Below, piece after piece: positions 57,001 to 64,000 of a stretch of DNA of 64,000 nt; positions within the stretch are counted from its first letter, which is position 1; each line of letters starts with the position of its first letter. This DNA is from Planctomycetota bacterium (lineage in GTDB: Bacteria > Planctomycetota > UBA8108 > UBA1146), in the NCBI GenBank assembly GCA_015664425.1, contig DQQH01000258.1:9359-73358 (forward strand), in the 5' to 3' direction. Made by a program: the position numbers and the translations under genes. Under the pieces are notes generated by a model. It made no database searches. It worked only from the letters and a program-made list of their open reading frames with translations, and was not told the origin of the DNA.

Positions 57001-58429
57001 CCTCTTCTATGCCATGGCTCGCCTCCACCAGACGACGATGGAGGTTGCCGAAGCGCGGCGCTCTTATGACCGTGCGGATCAGATCATCGAACGCATCTCT
57101 TCTCGTCTTCCCGAGGATATGCGGGTCGTCTTCAGAGACGATCGCCGCAGGAAGAACTTCTTCACCGACCTCCAGAGGTTCCGCAAGGAGTCGAGCGAAC
57201 TGGTCACGGTGGAGACCATTTCTCAGGAAGGAAAGGAGGTGACCGGAGAGCGGCCACTCTCTGACTCCGCCGCTGGGCCGGATGGCGATGGCCTCCTCGT
57301 TCGGTTCTTGCCGGTGATCGACCGCCTGGCGATCGCTGAGGATCTGGCGACCTTCTTCCACAGTCTTCTCGAAGAAGCGCGTCGGCTGGTTCCCTCTCCT
57401 CGGGGTTTCATCCTCGAGAGGATCGGTTCGCGCTGGAAGGTGTTTTCCGAGATCGACATGGGTCAGAAGGAGTCGTGGGCGGTCGATGACAGCTTGCCCG
57501 GGGCAATCTCTCTCCTCACCATCGACCGGGATCAGGTGCTTCGTTCCGGTGGCGAGGAGTGGATGAAACTGGTCGAGGACTCCCAGGAAGGGTCCAGTTA
57601 CAAGGGCCGCTCGATGATGGCGATCCCGGTTAAGTTGCCCGACAGGTTTTCAGGGGTTCTTGTTCTGGAGCGTCCCACCGCTGGCAACCCCTTCCAGGAA
57701 GAGGACGGAGATCACCTTCTACAGCTGCTCCGGGTGCTCGGAGGGCAGTTTCGTGCCCTCGTAGCCGGTGACAGTCTCGCTCGCTTCGAGCGGACCTCCA
57801 TCCTCACTCCGAGTGGCTTCGAGGCGAACCTCGGTTACCTCCTCGAGAAGCAGAAGCGCGACAAGGTCCCCCTGGGAGCGATCGAGATGGTGATCCCGGG
57901 GTTGGATCATTTGATACGCCAGCGCACCGGAGAAGAAATCGTCGACAGGTTCAGCGATCTGGCCGGACCTGGTGTCGTTCATTGCCTCCGTCCAGCGGGA
58001 GACCGATACGTCTTCCTTTATCTGGGGCGAAGCCTCGAAGACCTCCAGCAGAAATCCCGGGATCTGGGCCACAGGATCTCCGAACTTCGGGAAGGTGTGG
58101 GTCTGGCCGATCGTTGCGAGATCGACATTTTTGTACACCACATGCCCCTGGACGACAGCGGTCTCGATGGGCTCCGCCGGGCCGGTGCGGGGTATTTCTG
58201 TTCGGGCGAGGTCCCACAGATCGAGAGCGAAGTCGCGACCCTCACCGGCGGGGGTATCTCATTGAAAGAAGCGAAAAGGGCCCTGGAGAAGCGTTACATC
58301 GTCTCCGCCCTGCACAAGAGCGAAGGTAACGTCACCCATGCTGCCGAGGCGTTGGGGATGCACCGCCCGCAGCTTTCCAACCTGTTGAAACGCCATGGCA
58401 TTCGCAGGGAAGACTTCGAGCGCTCCTGA
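54065..58429 (+). CDS. Giant multidomain regulator: AAA_16/STAND-type NTPase + TPR array + GAF-like domain + degenerate GGDEF-like domain + C-terminal Fis-type HTH
   Basis: Walker A GASGQGKS and Walker B LLLAIHDIHRCD are present, followed by many TPR-like repeats (...YYDRGNHFRSARYLFRALEV...). A GAF-like block (RSMMAIPVKLPDRFSGVLVLERP) comes next. The GGDEF-like block has AGDRY in place of GGDEF (HCLRPAGDRYVFLYLG). The HTH_8 motif is EKRYIVSALHKSEGNVTHAAEALGMHRPQLSNLLKRHGI. The ATG at 54065 follows a GAGGAGG RBS. Confidence 0.7.
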   Translation: MTREEPIDMTPQDAEDRGLSPDRNEILDELEDLIRCALLAERGQGSGVALVLVRGASGQGKSRLVEDLLERLGDERPLFQEVECHERQGIPFLPVLRLIKNLIVSSLAPRELWRKYAHVLTRVFPELVEQLGGAMPPDPLPGEDGRIQFHQALTSILLELAAERPLLLAIHDIHRCDRGTIEFITFLARNVFLSTGGQRSEVDASAGSEEGSREWKQIHTREGRDGKSVSEFLESDEGSTSEGSPGARIQIVVNYTSKDSAARLAGETDEVLASLGRLAKEPFSRHFDLPPLMPGDLAQMVETEVEARCEPGQIERVYEATGGNPLRALDLCRLVSESGGNWRLLDDILPAILPKGASSAQEQLGRGVFMRRLASLPALQVMVLRYLALLRRPADAVFIGEACQSDPQILDEALLELTDRGFIRSRQVRNLSRFHIGHEDHLRWIRRGIEPSEARRLQGDLGRILAEDPRASEPVRSFEIYEQLRAAGQLEECRGHGFSAFRFFSSAYAEHLAIRVGRELIDSLGADGDPEMRHDVLMELIELEMGTGQQELAKAHAKSLIEDPELPAGPRLEGLLLLAEIYCQLGEPLKGIKALNRVPRETVATVGGLSEARITTKRARLRLERRDFKRAISLCLRGLKELEGTAEEPVHLSLRADLLEFLSEAHLRRGETVSALNHYQSLLELVEGLGDDVRLSSVLRTLSRVYYDRGNHFRSARYLFRALEVIERTRDFRALASTYELLGKVYRNSGDFPRSLEHFRLSLRLREKIGDAKLLSPTLNSIGSLHSHNGDYARAIRYFKRSVTNSERFGSTDGIVRSFLHLGWVFHELGERKQLESLCRQVLILSQEFDLLDLEAEGHRLAGSLAFLRGDLKNSEKEFRRSLEIAQKRGMTKLAAASHLDLAALEQKRERYEAALKLVSRGILQAEEIQSIPFQVRGLLLKGEISRHLRGGSPERTRECYEKAVTLVSGETLMPLQWSLFYAMARLHQTTMEVAEARRSYDRADQIIERISSRLPEDMRVVFRDDRRRKNFFTDLQRFRKESSELVTVETISQEGKEVTGERPLSDSAAGPDGDGLLVRFLPVIDRLAIAEDLATFFHSLLEEARRLVPSPRGFILERIGSRWKVFSEIDMGQKESWAVDDSLPGAISLLTIDRDQVLRSGGEEWMKLVEDSQEGSSYKGRSMMAIPVKLPDRFSGVLVLERPTAGNPFQEEDGDHLLQLLRVLGGQFRALVAGDSLARFERTSILTPSGFEANLGYLLEKQKRDKVPLGAIEMVIPGLDHLIRQRTGEEIVDRFSDLAGPGVVHCLRPAGDRYVFLYLGRSLEDLQQKSRDLGHRISELREGVGLADRCEIDIFVHHMPLDDSGLDGLRRAGAGYFCSGEVPQIESEVATLTGGGISLKEAKRALEKRYIVSALHKSEGNVTHAAEALGMHRPQLSNLLKRHGIRREDFERS

Positions 58430-58470
58430 GGAACTTCCCAAGAAACCAGGGTGCCCCGAGATGGCCAGAG

Positions 58471-58498
58471 GGCCCGGGTGCGCGCAAGCGCCCGGACC
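58471..58498. terminator. GC-rich hairpin with a GCAA loop between convergent genes
   Basis: GGCCCGGGTGCGC-GCAA-GCGCCCGGACC forms an imperfect stem. It lies between the regulator stop (58429) and the histone-fold gene stop (58529). There is no clear U-tract. Confidence 0.35.
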
Positions 58499-58528
58499 CT
58501 TCAGCCCTGGTCTCAATTTGCCGTCGAG

Positions 58529-58726
58529 TCAGTTGCAGTTGAAATCGTGTGCGCGGACGGTCTTGCGACCGTTGGCGCCGGCACGGCTTGCAGCCTGCTG
58601 GATGTACCAGTGGATGACTTCGTTGAGACCGTCAAGGGCGTCACCACCCACGTTGACCCCGTGACCCTTGAGGGCAGCCTTGGCCTTGCTGCCGACCAGG
58701 AGCATCTCCTTCGTCTGAGTGTTCAT
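58529..58726 (-). CDS. Singlet histone-fold DNA-binding protein (bacterial histone-like, 65 aa)
   Basis: MNTQTKEMLLVGSKAKAALKGHGVNVGGDALDGLNEVIHWYIQQAASRAGANGRKTVRAHDFNCN. The ANGRKTVRAHD block matches the archaeal histone signature (HMfB ...AGRKTIKAEDI...). The helix-loop-long-helix-loop layout and size fit a single histone fold. An alternative start at 58765 adds 13 aa. Confidence 0.65.
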   Translation of the reverse strand: MNTQTKEMLLVGSKAKAALKGHGVNVGGDALDGLNEVIHWYIQQAASRAGANGRKTVRAHDFNCN

Positions 58727-59110
58727 AAGGACAGAATCCTTCCGAAAATCGACTCCCGGACCCAACTCGAGTCCGGCGGAGCGCCCCGTAGCCCTCCAGT
58801 CCTTCGTACCTCGAGGCTGCCTGGCATGGTGCCGCGGTACCTCGGCCCATTACGGGTTCGGGCCAGGAAACGCAGCAGGCGGCCTCTCGGGCTCATGACG
58901 CGTCCGATTGTGACAGTATTACCTCCCAGGGAAAGATCAATTTTGCCCCAGACTGCCCACAGGAGCCCATCAGAGGTGAAACCGTACTCGGTCGGGGAGG
59001 CCTCGGGGTCAGTTTCGAGCAGCCAAGAATGCCTTCTTTATTAGGCCTAAGCCTTTTTGAAGAAATGAGTTAAGGCTATCTCTCCTGGGTTTCTCCCGGT
59101 CCACCTGGGC

Positions 59111-61141
59111 TCAGGAGTGAATGAAGGGAGCAGGATGGCGAGGTCCCTTCTCGAGGAAGTTCTGGATTCCGATATTCATATCTCGAGTGGCGCAGACTTC
59201 GCCGAACATCCGGGCCTCGAATGCGATCCCTTCCTTCAGAGGTAGGCGGCACCCCTCGAGGATCGCCCTCGAGAGGATCCCATCGACCATTCGACTGAGG
59301 TGTCCCAGGTCGACCTCCGGAAGCATCTCGGGAACCTGGATCGGGCCCTTCTGGATCTCTGGAAGCGGAGTTTCTCCCGCCACGGCCGCTCTGACCATGT
59401 CGATCCCGGTCGAGAGCAACTGCTCCTTGCTGCCCGGGACCTCCCGTTCGATCAGGCCGATTCGGAGCGCTTCTGAGCTGGAAACGGGTCGTCCGGTGCG
59501 CATCAACTCGGAAGCCTTCTCGATGCCGACCCAGCGCGGGAGGCGCTGTGTTCCGCCTCCACCTGGGATGATACCGAGGTTTACCTCGGGTTGGCCGGCG
59601 AGGACCTTCAATCCCTCCCGGGCAATCCGGGCATTGCACGCCAGTGCGATCTCGTTCCCACCTCCGAGAGCGAGGCCGTTGAAGGCGCAGACGACAGGTT
59701 TGGGACAGTCCTCGATTGCCTGGATCGAGAGTTGGGAACCGGATGAAGTTTTCTCCCCCATCTCCTTGCTGTCGATTTTTGCAAGGAACCCGACATCTGC
59801 CCCGGAGGCGAAAGCCTTCACCCCGTAGCCGGTCAGGACCGCGCCGATGACGCTGTCATCGGCAGCGATGTCGAGGAAATGCTGCTTAATCTCCTCGAAG
59901 GTGGCTTCATTGAGAGCGTTGAGGGCTCGCGGGCGCCGAATGCAGACGATGGCCACCTCTTCCCGATCCCACCTGAAAACGGTTGCGATGGGAAACGGTT
60001 CACCGAGCCCTGCCTGCTCCACGAGGCAAAGTGGGACCGAGAACCCCGGGTTTTTCGCTGCGTAGTTTTCGACCAGTCCCAGAGATTTCTCGAGGCCGAT
60101 GCGATTCATCAGGCGGAAAGGGGCGTGCATGTCGAGGGCAATCTCAACCGCCATGTCGAGGTCTGCCACGCTGGAGATGCCGCTGTCGACGATTTCACCG
60201 ACGATGCCGAAGTAAGCTCCCAGGAGTGATTCCGAGATCAGTGCGGATCTCTCCGGCTCCACCTCGACCCCTTCTCCCCGAGCCGGGACCTCCCATCGGC
60301 TCTGATTCTTGACGGCATCCTTGAGAATCTGTGGCGAGCGGTACCAGGGCATGATCCTCGATGTGTAGTTCCCAAGCCCGACGTCGGTGATCGGATTTCC
60401 TCCGGTGAGATTCATCGCTGTGAAGGGGCCGACGGTGTATCCGAGAGTCTTGCAGGCGACCGCGTCGACCTCCTTCGATGTACCTTTGCCCTCCTCTACG
60501 AGGAGCGCCGAAGCGAGGAAGAGTCCCTCGAAGATGGGGTCGATCGCGTATCCGTAACGACTTCCCACCTCGATGGGGAACTTGCCGATCTCCTCGTAGA
60601 AACCCATCACCGCCCTCCCCAGGCCCGGGTCGCTTCCCGCCCCAGATACCACCTCAACCACGGGATTGCGCTCCGCCGGGAAGAAGTAGTGCACTACCAG
60701 CGATCGGGAGGGGTCCTCGAGGCCACCGAAGATCACTTCCGGCTCGAGGTGAGAGGAATTCGAGCACAGGATTGCTCCGTCGGAGACGATCGCTGTCAAC
60801 TGATTGAAGATTTTCCCCTTGAGGTTGCTGTCCTCGGTGGCCGCCTCGACCACGAGATCTGTGCCGGCGAGTTGCTGGTAGTCGTCGGTGAAAGTGACGT
60901 TCCCCTTCATCGCCTCGCCGGCATCGACGGTGAACGCACCAGATTCCACACCCTTGTCGACCTTTCTGTCGAGCTTCTTCCTGCCATTCTCGAGCGCCTC
61001 TCGGCTGACGTCGACGACGATGACAGGCACTCCCTGGGGCGTGAAGACCTTGCTGAAATGGAGAGCGATGTCAGGGCCGATCTGGCCTGACCCGATGACC
61101 CCGATCTTGGTGATCGGCCGATCGAGAATTTGCAGCGTCAT
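59111..61141 (-). CDS. Bifunctional 3-hydroxyacyl-CoA dehydrogenase (N-terminal) / enoyl-CoA hydratase (C-terminal), FadN-type order
   Basis: N-terminal Rossmann motif KIGVIGSGQIGPDIA. C-terminal crotonase region RRPRALNALN...FASGADV...AFNGLALGGGNEIALAC. The ATG at 61141 was chosen over the ORF-track start at 61330. Confidence 0.8.
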   Translation of the reverse strand: MTLQILDRPITKIGVIGSGQIGPDIALHFSKVFTPQGVPVIVVDVSREALENGRKKLDRKVDKGVESGAFTVDAGEAMKGNVTFTDDYQQLAGTDLVVEAATEDSNLKGKIFNQLTAIVSDGAILCSNSSHLEPEVIFGGLEDPSRSLVVHYFFPAERNPVVEVVSGAGSDPGLGRAVMGFYEEIGKFPIEVGSRYGYAIDPIFEGLFLASALLVEEGKGTSKEVDAVACKTLGYTVGPFTAMNLTGGNPITDVGLGNYTSRIMPWYRSPQILKDAVKNQSRWEVPARGEGVEVEPERSALISESLLGAYFGIVGEIVDSGISSVADLDMAVEIALDMHAPFRLMNRIGLEKSLGLVENYAAKNPGFSVPLCLVEQAGLGEPFPIATVFRWDREEVAIVCIRRPRALNALNEATFEEIKQHFLDIAADDSVIGAVLTGYGVKAFASGADVGFLAKIDSKEMGEKTSSGSQLSIQAIEDCPKPVVCAFNGLALGGGNEIALACNARIAREGLKVLAGQPEVNLGIIPGGGGTQRLPRWVGIEKASELMRTGRPVSSSEALRIGLIEREVPGSKEQLLSTGIDMVRAAVAGETPLPEIQKGPIQVPEMLPEVDLGHLSRMVDGILSRAILEGCRLPLKEGIAFEARMFGEVCATRDMNIGIQNFLEKGPRHPAPFIHS

Positions 61142-61217
61142 TTCTTTTCTCCACGAGTACTTTCGGTTCCCTGAGACTGGGATTGTAATGGAGCCATTCC
61201 GTGCGGGAAGTCTGCCT

Positions 61218-61958
61218 TCAGGATTTCTCGGCGATGACGAAGAGAATGCGTCCGAAGAGTGCGGCCCCCGACAGGGTCCAGCGACAGTGTTGGCGGTATA
61301 CCTCCCCCTGTTTTCTCGCTTTCTTTCCAATCCCTCGCAGTTTCATCGCCAGCACCAGGAAGGGAAATACAGGCGCTAGCAGGAGTGAGGACAGACGGAG
61401 GTGATTTGTGGCAACTTCTTTGATCTGGCCGCCGTGGCGGCAGACGTAGTACTGAAAGTGCTGGATCCCCAGGCAGTTGAGATGCTGCTCACCGCTTTCC
61501 CTCTGGGGGTCGAATGGGCGCCGTGCGCCGTCGGTCGTCCCGTGGAGGAGATAGTGGGCCCTGGAGGCGAGCCCCTGGATGTTGGGGGTGGTGAAGAGTG
61601 CCCGACCGCCCGGTCTCAGCACCCGGAAGATTTCCTCGAAATATCGGTTGTGATTCTCAATGTGTTCGGCGACTTCGATAGAGACCGTGCAGTCGAAGCT
61701 TGCATCGGGGAAAGGCAATCCCTGGTTCAGGTCACAGCCGTGGAAGGGGACCGTGTCGACCTGGAAGACCTGCTCAGGAAGGTCGCATGCGTTGATGTCG
61801 CGATAGCCTTCATTCAGCATCTTGCGGCAGAAGAAGCCCGAGCCCGCTCCGACGTCGAGAATCCTGGAATCAGGATCGGTCGGCAGGAAAGGCAGGAGCC
61901 TGTTGTAGATGTCGGGTTGAAAGGTATTCCCTTTCAAAACCGCGCTGGTGGTGTTCAA
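61218..61958 (-). CDS. Class I SAM-dependent methyltransferase
   Basis: Motif I ILDVGAGSGFF and post-I/II elements (...FDCTVSIEVAEHI...LRPGGRALFTTPN). The ATGA overlaps the upstream gene's stop. Confidence 0.75.
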   Translation of the reverse strand: MNTTSAVLKGNTFQPDIYNRLLPFLPTDPDSRILDVGAGSGFFCRKMLNEGYRDINACDLPEQVFQVDTVPFHGCDLNQGLPFPDASFDCTVSIEVAEHIENHNRYFEEIFRVLRPGGRALFTTPNIQGLASRAHYLLHGTTDGARRPFDPQRESGEQHLNCLGIQHFQYYVCRHGGQIKEVATNHLRLSSLLLAPVFPFLVLAMKLRGIGKKARKQGEVYRQHCRWTLSGAALFGRILFVIAEKS

Positions 61959-62680
61959 GCCTCGCCTCTCATCGCACTCAACTCCCTGTCAGTGGCCCAC
62001 CGAGCTTCCCCGGATGTGAGACTCCCCAGTTCGATGGCTCCGATCCGAACGCGGACCAGCCACTCTACCTCACTGCCGAGGGACTTCGCCATTCTACGCA
62101 CCTGCCGGTTTCTCCCCTCGCTGATGATGATTCGGATTACTCCACTGCGTCTGGAAATTTTTTCCAGTTCGACCCTCGCCGGGGCGGTCCGGGATTTATC
62201 CCCGATGTCGACCCCAGCGCGCAACTGCTCGATCTGGTCTTCGCTGGGGCAGGGGCGGAACTTTGCCCGGTATTCCTTTTCGACGTGTCGCTCGGGAGAG
62301 AGGATCTGATCGGAGAGATCGTTGTCATCGGTGAGGAGGAGCAAGCCTGCGCTCGCTCGATCGAGTCTTCCGACGGCACGCAATGACGGATCGGTGCGGA
62401 ATTCCTCCGGTAACTGGTCTCCGAGGCAAGGCCTTCCCTCGGGGTCCCTCACGGTGGTAATGACACCGCGTGGTTTGTTGTAGATCAGCAAGCGCGAGTC
62501 GCAACGGGTTACCACTCGATTTCCATCGAGAGTGACCCTGTCGACCTCCGGGTCGATCCATTGCTCTGCGTTTGAGATCACCTCGCCGTTGACGCGGACC
62601 CGTCCCTCCAGGACGAGGCGACGTGCTCCCGTCCGGCTGGCGACCCCGCAACGCGAGAGATAGCGATCGATGGTTCTCAT
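61955..62680 (-). CDS. Pseudouridine synthase, RsuA/RluB/RluE family with an N-terminal S4 domain
   Basis: S4 domain: RTIDRYLSRCGVASRTGARRLVLEGRVRVNG. Catalytic motif: AVGRLDRASAGLLLLTDD. The start at 62680 was chosen because the ORF-track 5' extension (to 63169) overlaps the esterase gene. Confidence 0.85.
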   Translation of the reverse strand: MRTIDRYLSRCGVASRTGARRLVLEGRVRVNGEVISNAEQWIDPEVDRVTLDGNRVVTRCDSRLLIYNKPRGVITTVRDPEGRPCLGDQLPEEFRTDPSLRAVGRLDRASAGLLLLTDDNDLSDQILSPERHVEKEYRAKFRPCPSEDQIEQLRAGVDIGDKSRTAPARVELEKISRRSGVIRIIISEGRNRQVRRMAKSLGSEVEWLVRVRIGAIELGSLTSGEARWATDRELSAMRGEA

Positions 62681-62694
62681 GGGAATGCCAGAGC

Positions 62695-63381
62695 TCAGTG
62701 GGCTTCCTTTCGAAGCCGGGCGGTGAGCCAGCGGCCGATATCGGTGATCTCCTCGGGGTGGACGGAATGGGGGCAGGGGTAACTGTGCCACTGGACCTCG
62801 TGTCCCAGCTCCCTCAATCGGTTTGCCGACGATTCGCCAAGAGCTCGAGGGACGACCGGATCCCAGTCGCCATGGCAGGCGAGTATCGGGGTCTCCCGAT
62901 TGGCATCTGAAGCTTCGGCTTCGATTTTTTCGGGGAGAGGCAGGTAGGCGGAAAGAACGATGATGCCGGCGAGAGGCCGGGGGTACCTGAGCCCGACATG
63001 GCATGCCATTGCGCCACCCTGGGAAAAACCAGCGAGCACGATCGCGTCTTCGGAAATCCCCCCCTTGTGAACCTGATCTTCGATGAGAGTTACGATCATC
63101 TCGGCGCTCGCCAGGATCCCCTTCTCGTCGACGCGGCGGTCGTTGCTGACCTCGAGGATGTCGTACCATGCGGGCATCACCATGCCGTTGTTGATGGTGA
63201 CGGCTCTGGAGGGAGCATGTGGAAATACGAACCTCACCGCCAGATCTTCAGGAAGCCCGAGGTGGGGTACTATCGGCTCGAAGTCGTGGCCATCAGCACC
63301 GAGGCCGTGGAGCCAGATCACAGCACAATCGGGTTCTGCTGCCGTTTCGATCACCACCGCTGGTAGGGGCTGCTGGGTCAT
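62695..63381 (-). CDS. Phospholipase/carboxylesterase-family alpha/beta hydrolase
   Basis: VIWLHGLGADGHDF, nucleophile elbow GFSQGGAM, and C-terminal ...CHGDWDPVVP...H. Confidence 0.8.
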   Translation of the reverse strand: MTQQPLPAVVIETAAEPDCAVIWLHGLGADGHDFEPIVPHLGLPEDLAVRFVFPHAPSRAVTINNGMVMPAWYDILEVSNDRRVDEKGILASAEMIVTLIEDQVHKGGISEDAIVLAGFSQGGAMACHVGLRYPRPLAGIIVLSAYLPLPEKIEAEASDANRETPILACHGDWDPVVPRALGESSANRLRELGHEVQWHSYPCPHSVHPEEITDIGRWLTARLRKEAH

Positions 63382-63385
63382 CGGG

Positions 63386-64000
63386 TCATTTTCTCGACAG
63401 GATCTGGTCGAGTACCAGGAGCAGTTCCCCCAGGTGAGTGATGGTGTGGTCTCCTTCAGGAACGAAGCGCTCCTGCCAGTGCTGTTCCTCGCCATTGTCG
63501 AACCAGACGGTGGTCATCCCTTGTTGCTTTGCCCCGGGGAGTTCTTCGGAGTTGCCATCTCCGACATAAACGCAACTGGATCCGTCGATCTGGAGTTTTT
63601 CCAGGGCGTGTTGATACATCTTCGGATGGGGTTTTCGCACCCCCAGATGCGCGGAGCATGACCGGACAGGAAAGTATTTTCCGAGGGGTGTTTCGTCGAG
63701 GATCGTTGGGGCGAGAGTCGAGCAGTCGGTTATCAGGGCGAGCTGGAACCCTCGCGCCAGAAGTTGATCGAGGAGTTCAGTTGTTCCTGGTCTCGGGATA
63801 ATGGCAGAGCGCAGCAACTCGCGGTGGACCCCGGCTGCGCTGACCGTCGATCCAGAAGGAGGGGTGTGCTGGAGTGCCTCCAGCACCGCTTCGAATTGAC
63901 CTTCCCCGTCGGGGATCTCCCCCTCCATCCGTTGGCGGAAGAAATGTCCCCAGGCGTTGGAAAAACTGACCGGGTCGAGATCGAGATGGCGGGCCATCTC
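63386..64000 (-). CDS. HAD-superfamily hydrolase (5' end probably beyond the window)
   Basis: Motifs II-IV are visible (LALITDCS..., GVRKPHPKMY, VYVGDGNSEELPGAKQQGM). The N-terminal DxDxT motif is absent from the visible part. Confidence 0.6.
   Translation of the reverse strand, partial: EMARHLDLDPVSFSNAWGHFFRQRMEGEIPDGEGQFEAVLEALQHTPPSGSTVSAAGVHRELLRSAIIPRPGTTELLDQLLARGFQLALITDCSTLAPTILDETPLGKYFPVRSCSAHLGVRKPHPKMYQHALEKLQIDGSSCVYVGDGNSEELPGAKQQGMTTVWFDNGEEQHWQERFVPEGDHTITHLGELLLVLDQILSRK

Noticed and set aside
1-64000. Looked for CRISPR arrays, tRNA/rRNA genes, IS elements, integrases, phage or defence-island signatures, and large direct or inverted repeats
   Set aside because: None were seen by eye. 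The only tRNA-like T-arm belongs to the tmRNA candidate. The window reads as core chromosome, not an accessory island. Small features could still be missed without computational scanning.

Overview
This is a GC-rich, densely coding bacterial chromosomal segment with genes on both strands. I saw no rRNA, tRNA, CRISPR array, transposase or integrase. The gene content suggests a Planctomycetota-like organism (inference): a CxxCH 'planctomycete cytochrome c'/DUF1549/DUF1553 giant protein paired with a Tat-signal DUF1501 protein, PA14-domain proteins, and a GH29 fucosidase. In order, the window holds: a Fe3+-type ABC importer (5' partial); LolD and LolC/E; a GTGA-coupled ldh-rnpA-yidD chain; a short MerR regulator with a coupled mini-ORF; a fused radical-SAM/DUF2344 protein; ferredoxin, an MqnA/D-family protein and a DprE1-like FAD oxidase; the PSCyt/DUF1501 pair; a PA14-toroid protein and a GH29-PA14 fucosidase; PiT with a PhoU-like DUF47 protein; a candidate ssrA (tmRNA); two tandem GspE/PilB-type ATPases plus a GspF/PilC platform protein; rnr-rnhA; an FKBP and a PpiD-like chaperone; rpiB and a Sua5-LMW-phosphatase fusion; a lipA-lipB-E2-E1beta-lpd operon facing a fused E1alpha-beta gene; ftsH; a membrane pseudokinase-TPR protein and a small secreted basic Cys protein; a 1454-aa STAND-TPR-GAF-degenerate-GGDEF-Fis-HTH protein; a 65-aa histone-fold protein; and a FadN-type enzyme, a methyltransferase, a pseudouridine synthase, an esterase and a HAD hydrolase (3' partial). 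The items most worth follow-up are these. (1) The singlet bacterial histone-fold gene sits convergent with the giant multi-domain regulator. (2) The tmRNA candidate has a non-canonical acceptor stem and no recognisable tag. (3) A ~17-bp periodic TTCnTG/TTCCGGGGAA motif array lies upstream of the twin ATPases. (4) Both ATPases carry tandem MshEN-like c-di-GMP-binding motifs. (5) The 2-oxoacid dehydrogenase locus has one alpha and two beta modules, and its E1 fusion carries a Lys/Ser-rich N-terminal tail. All calls rest on reading the sequence and recalling family motifs. No database search was run.
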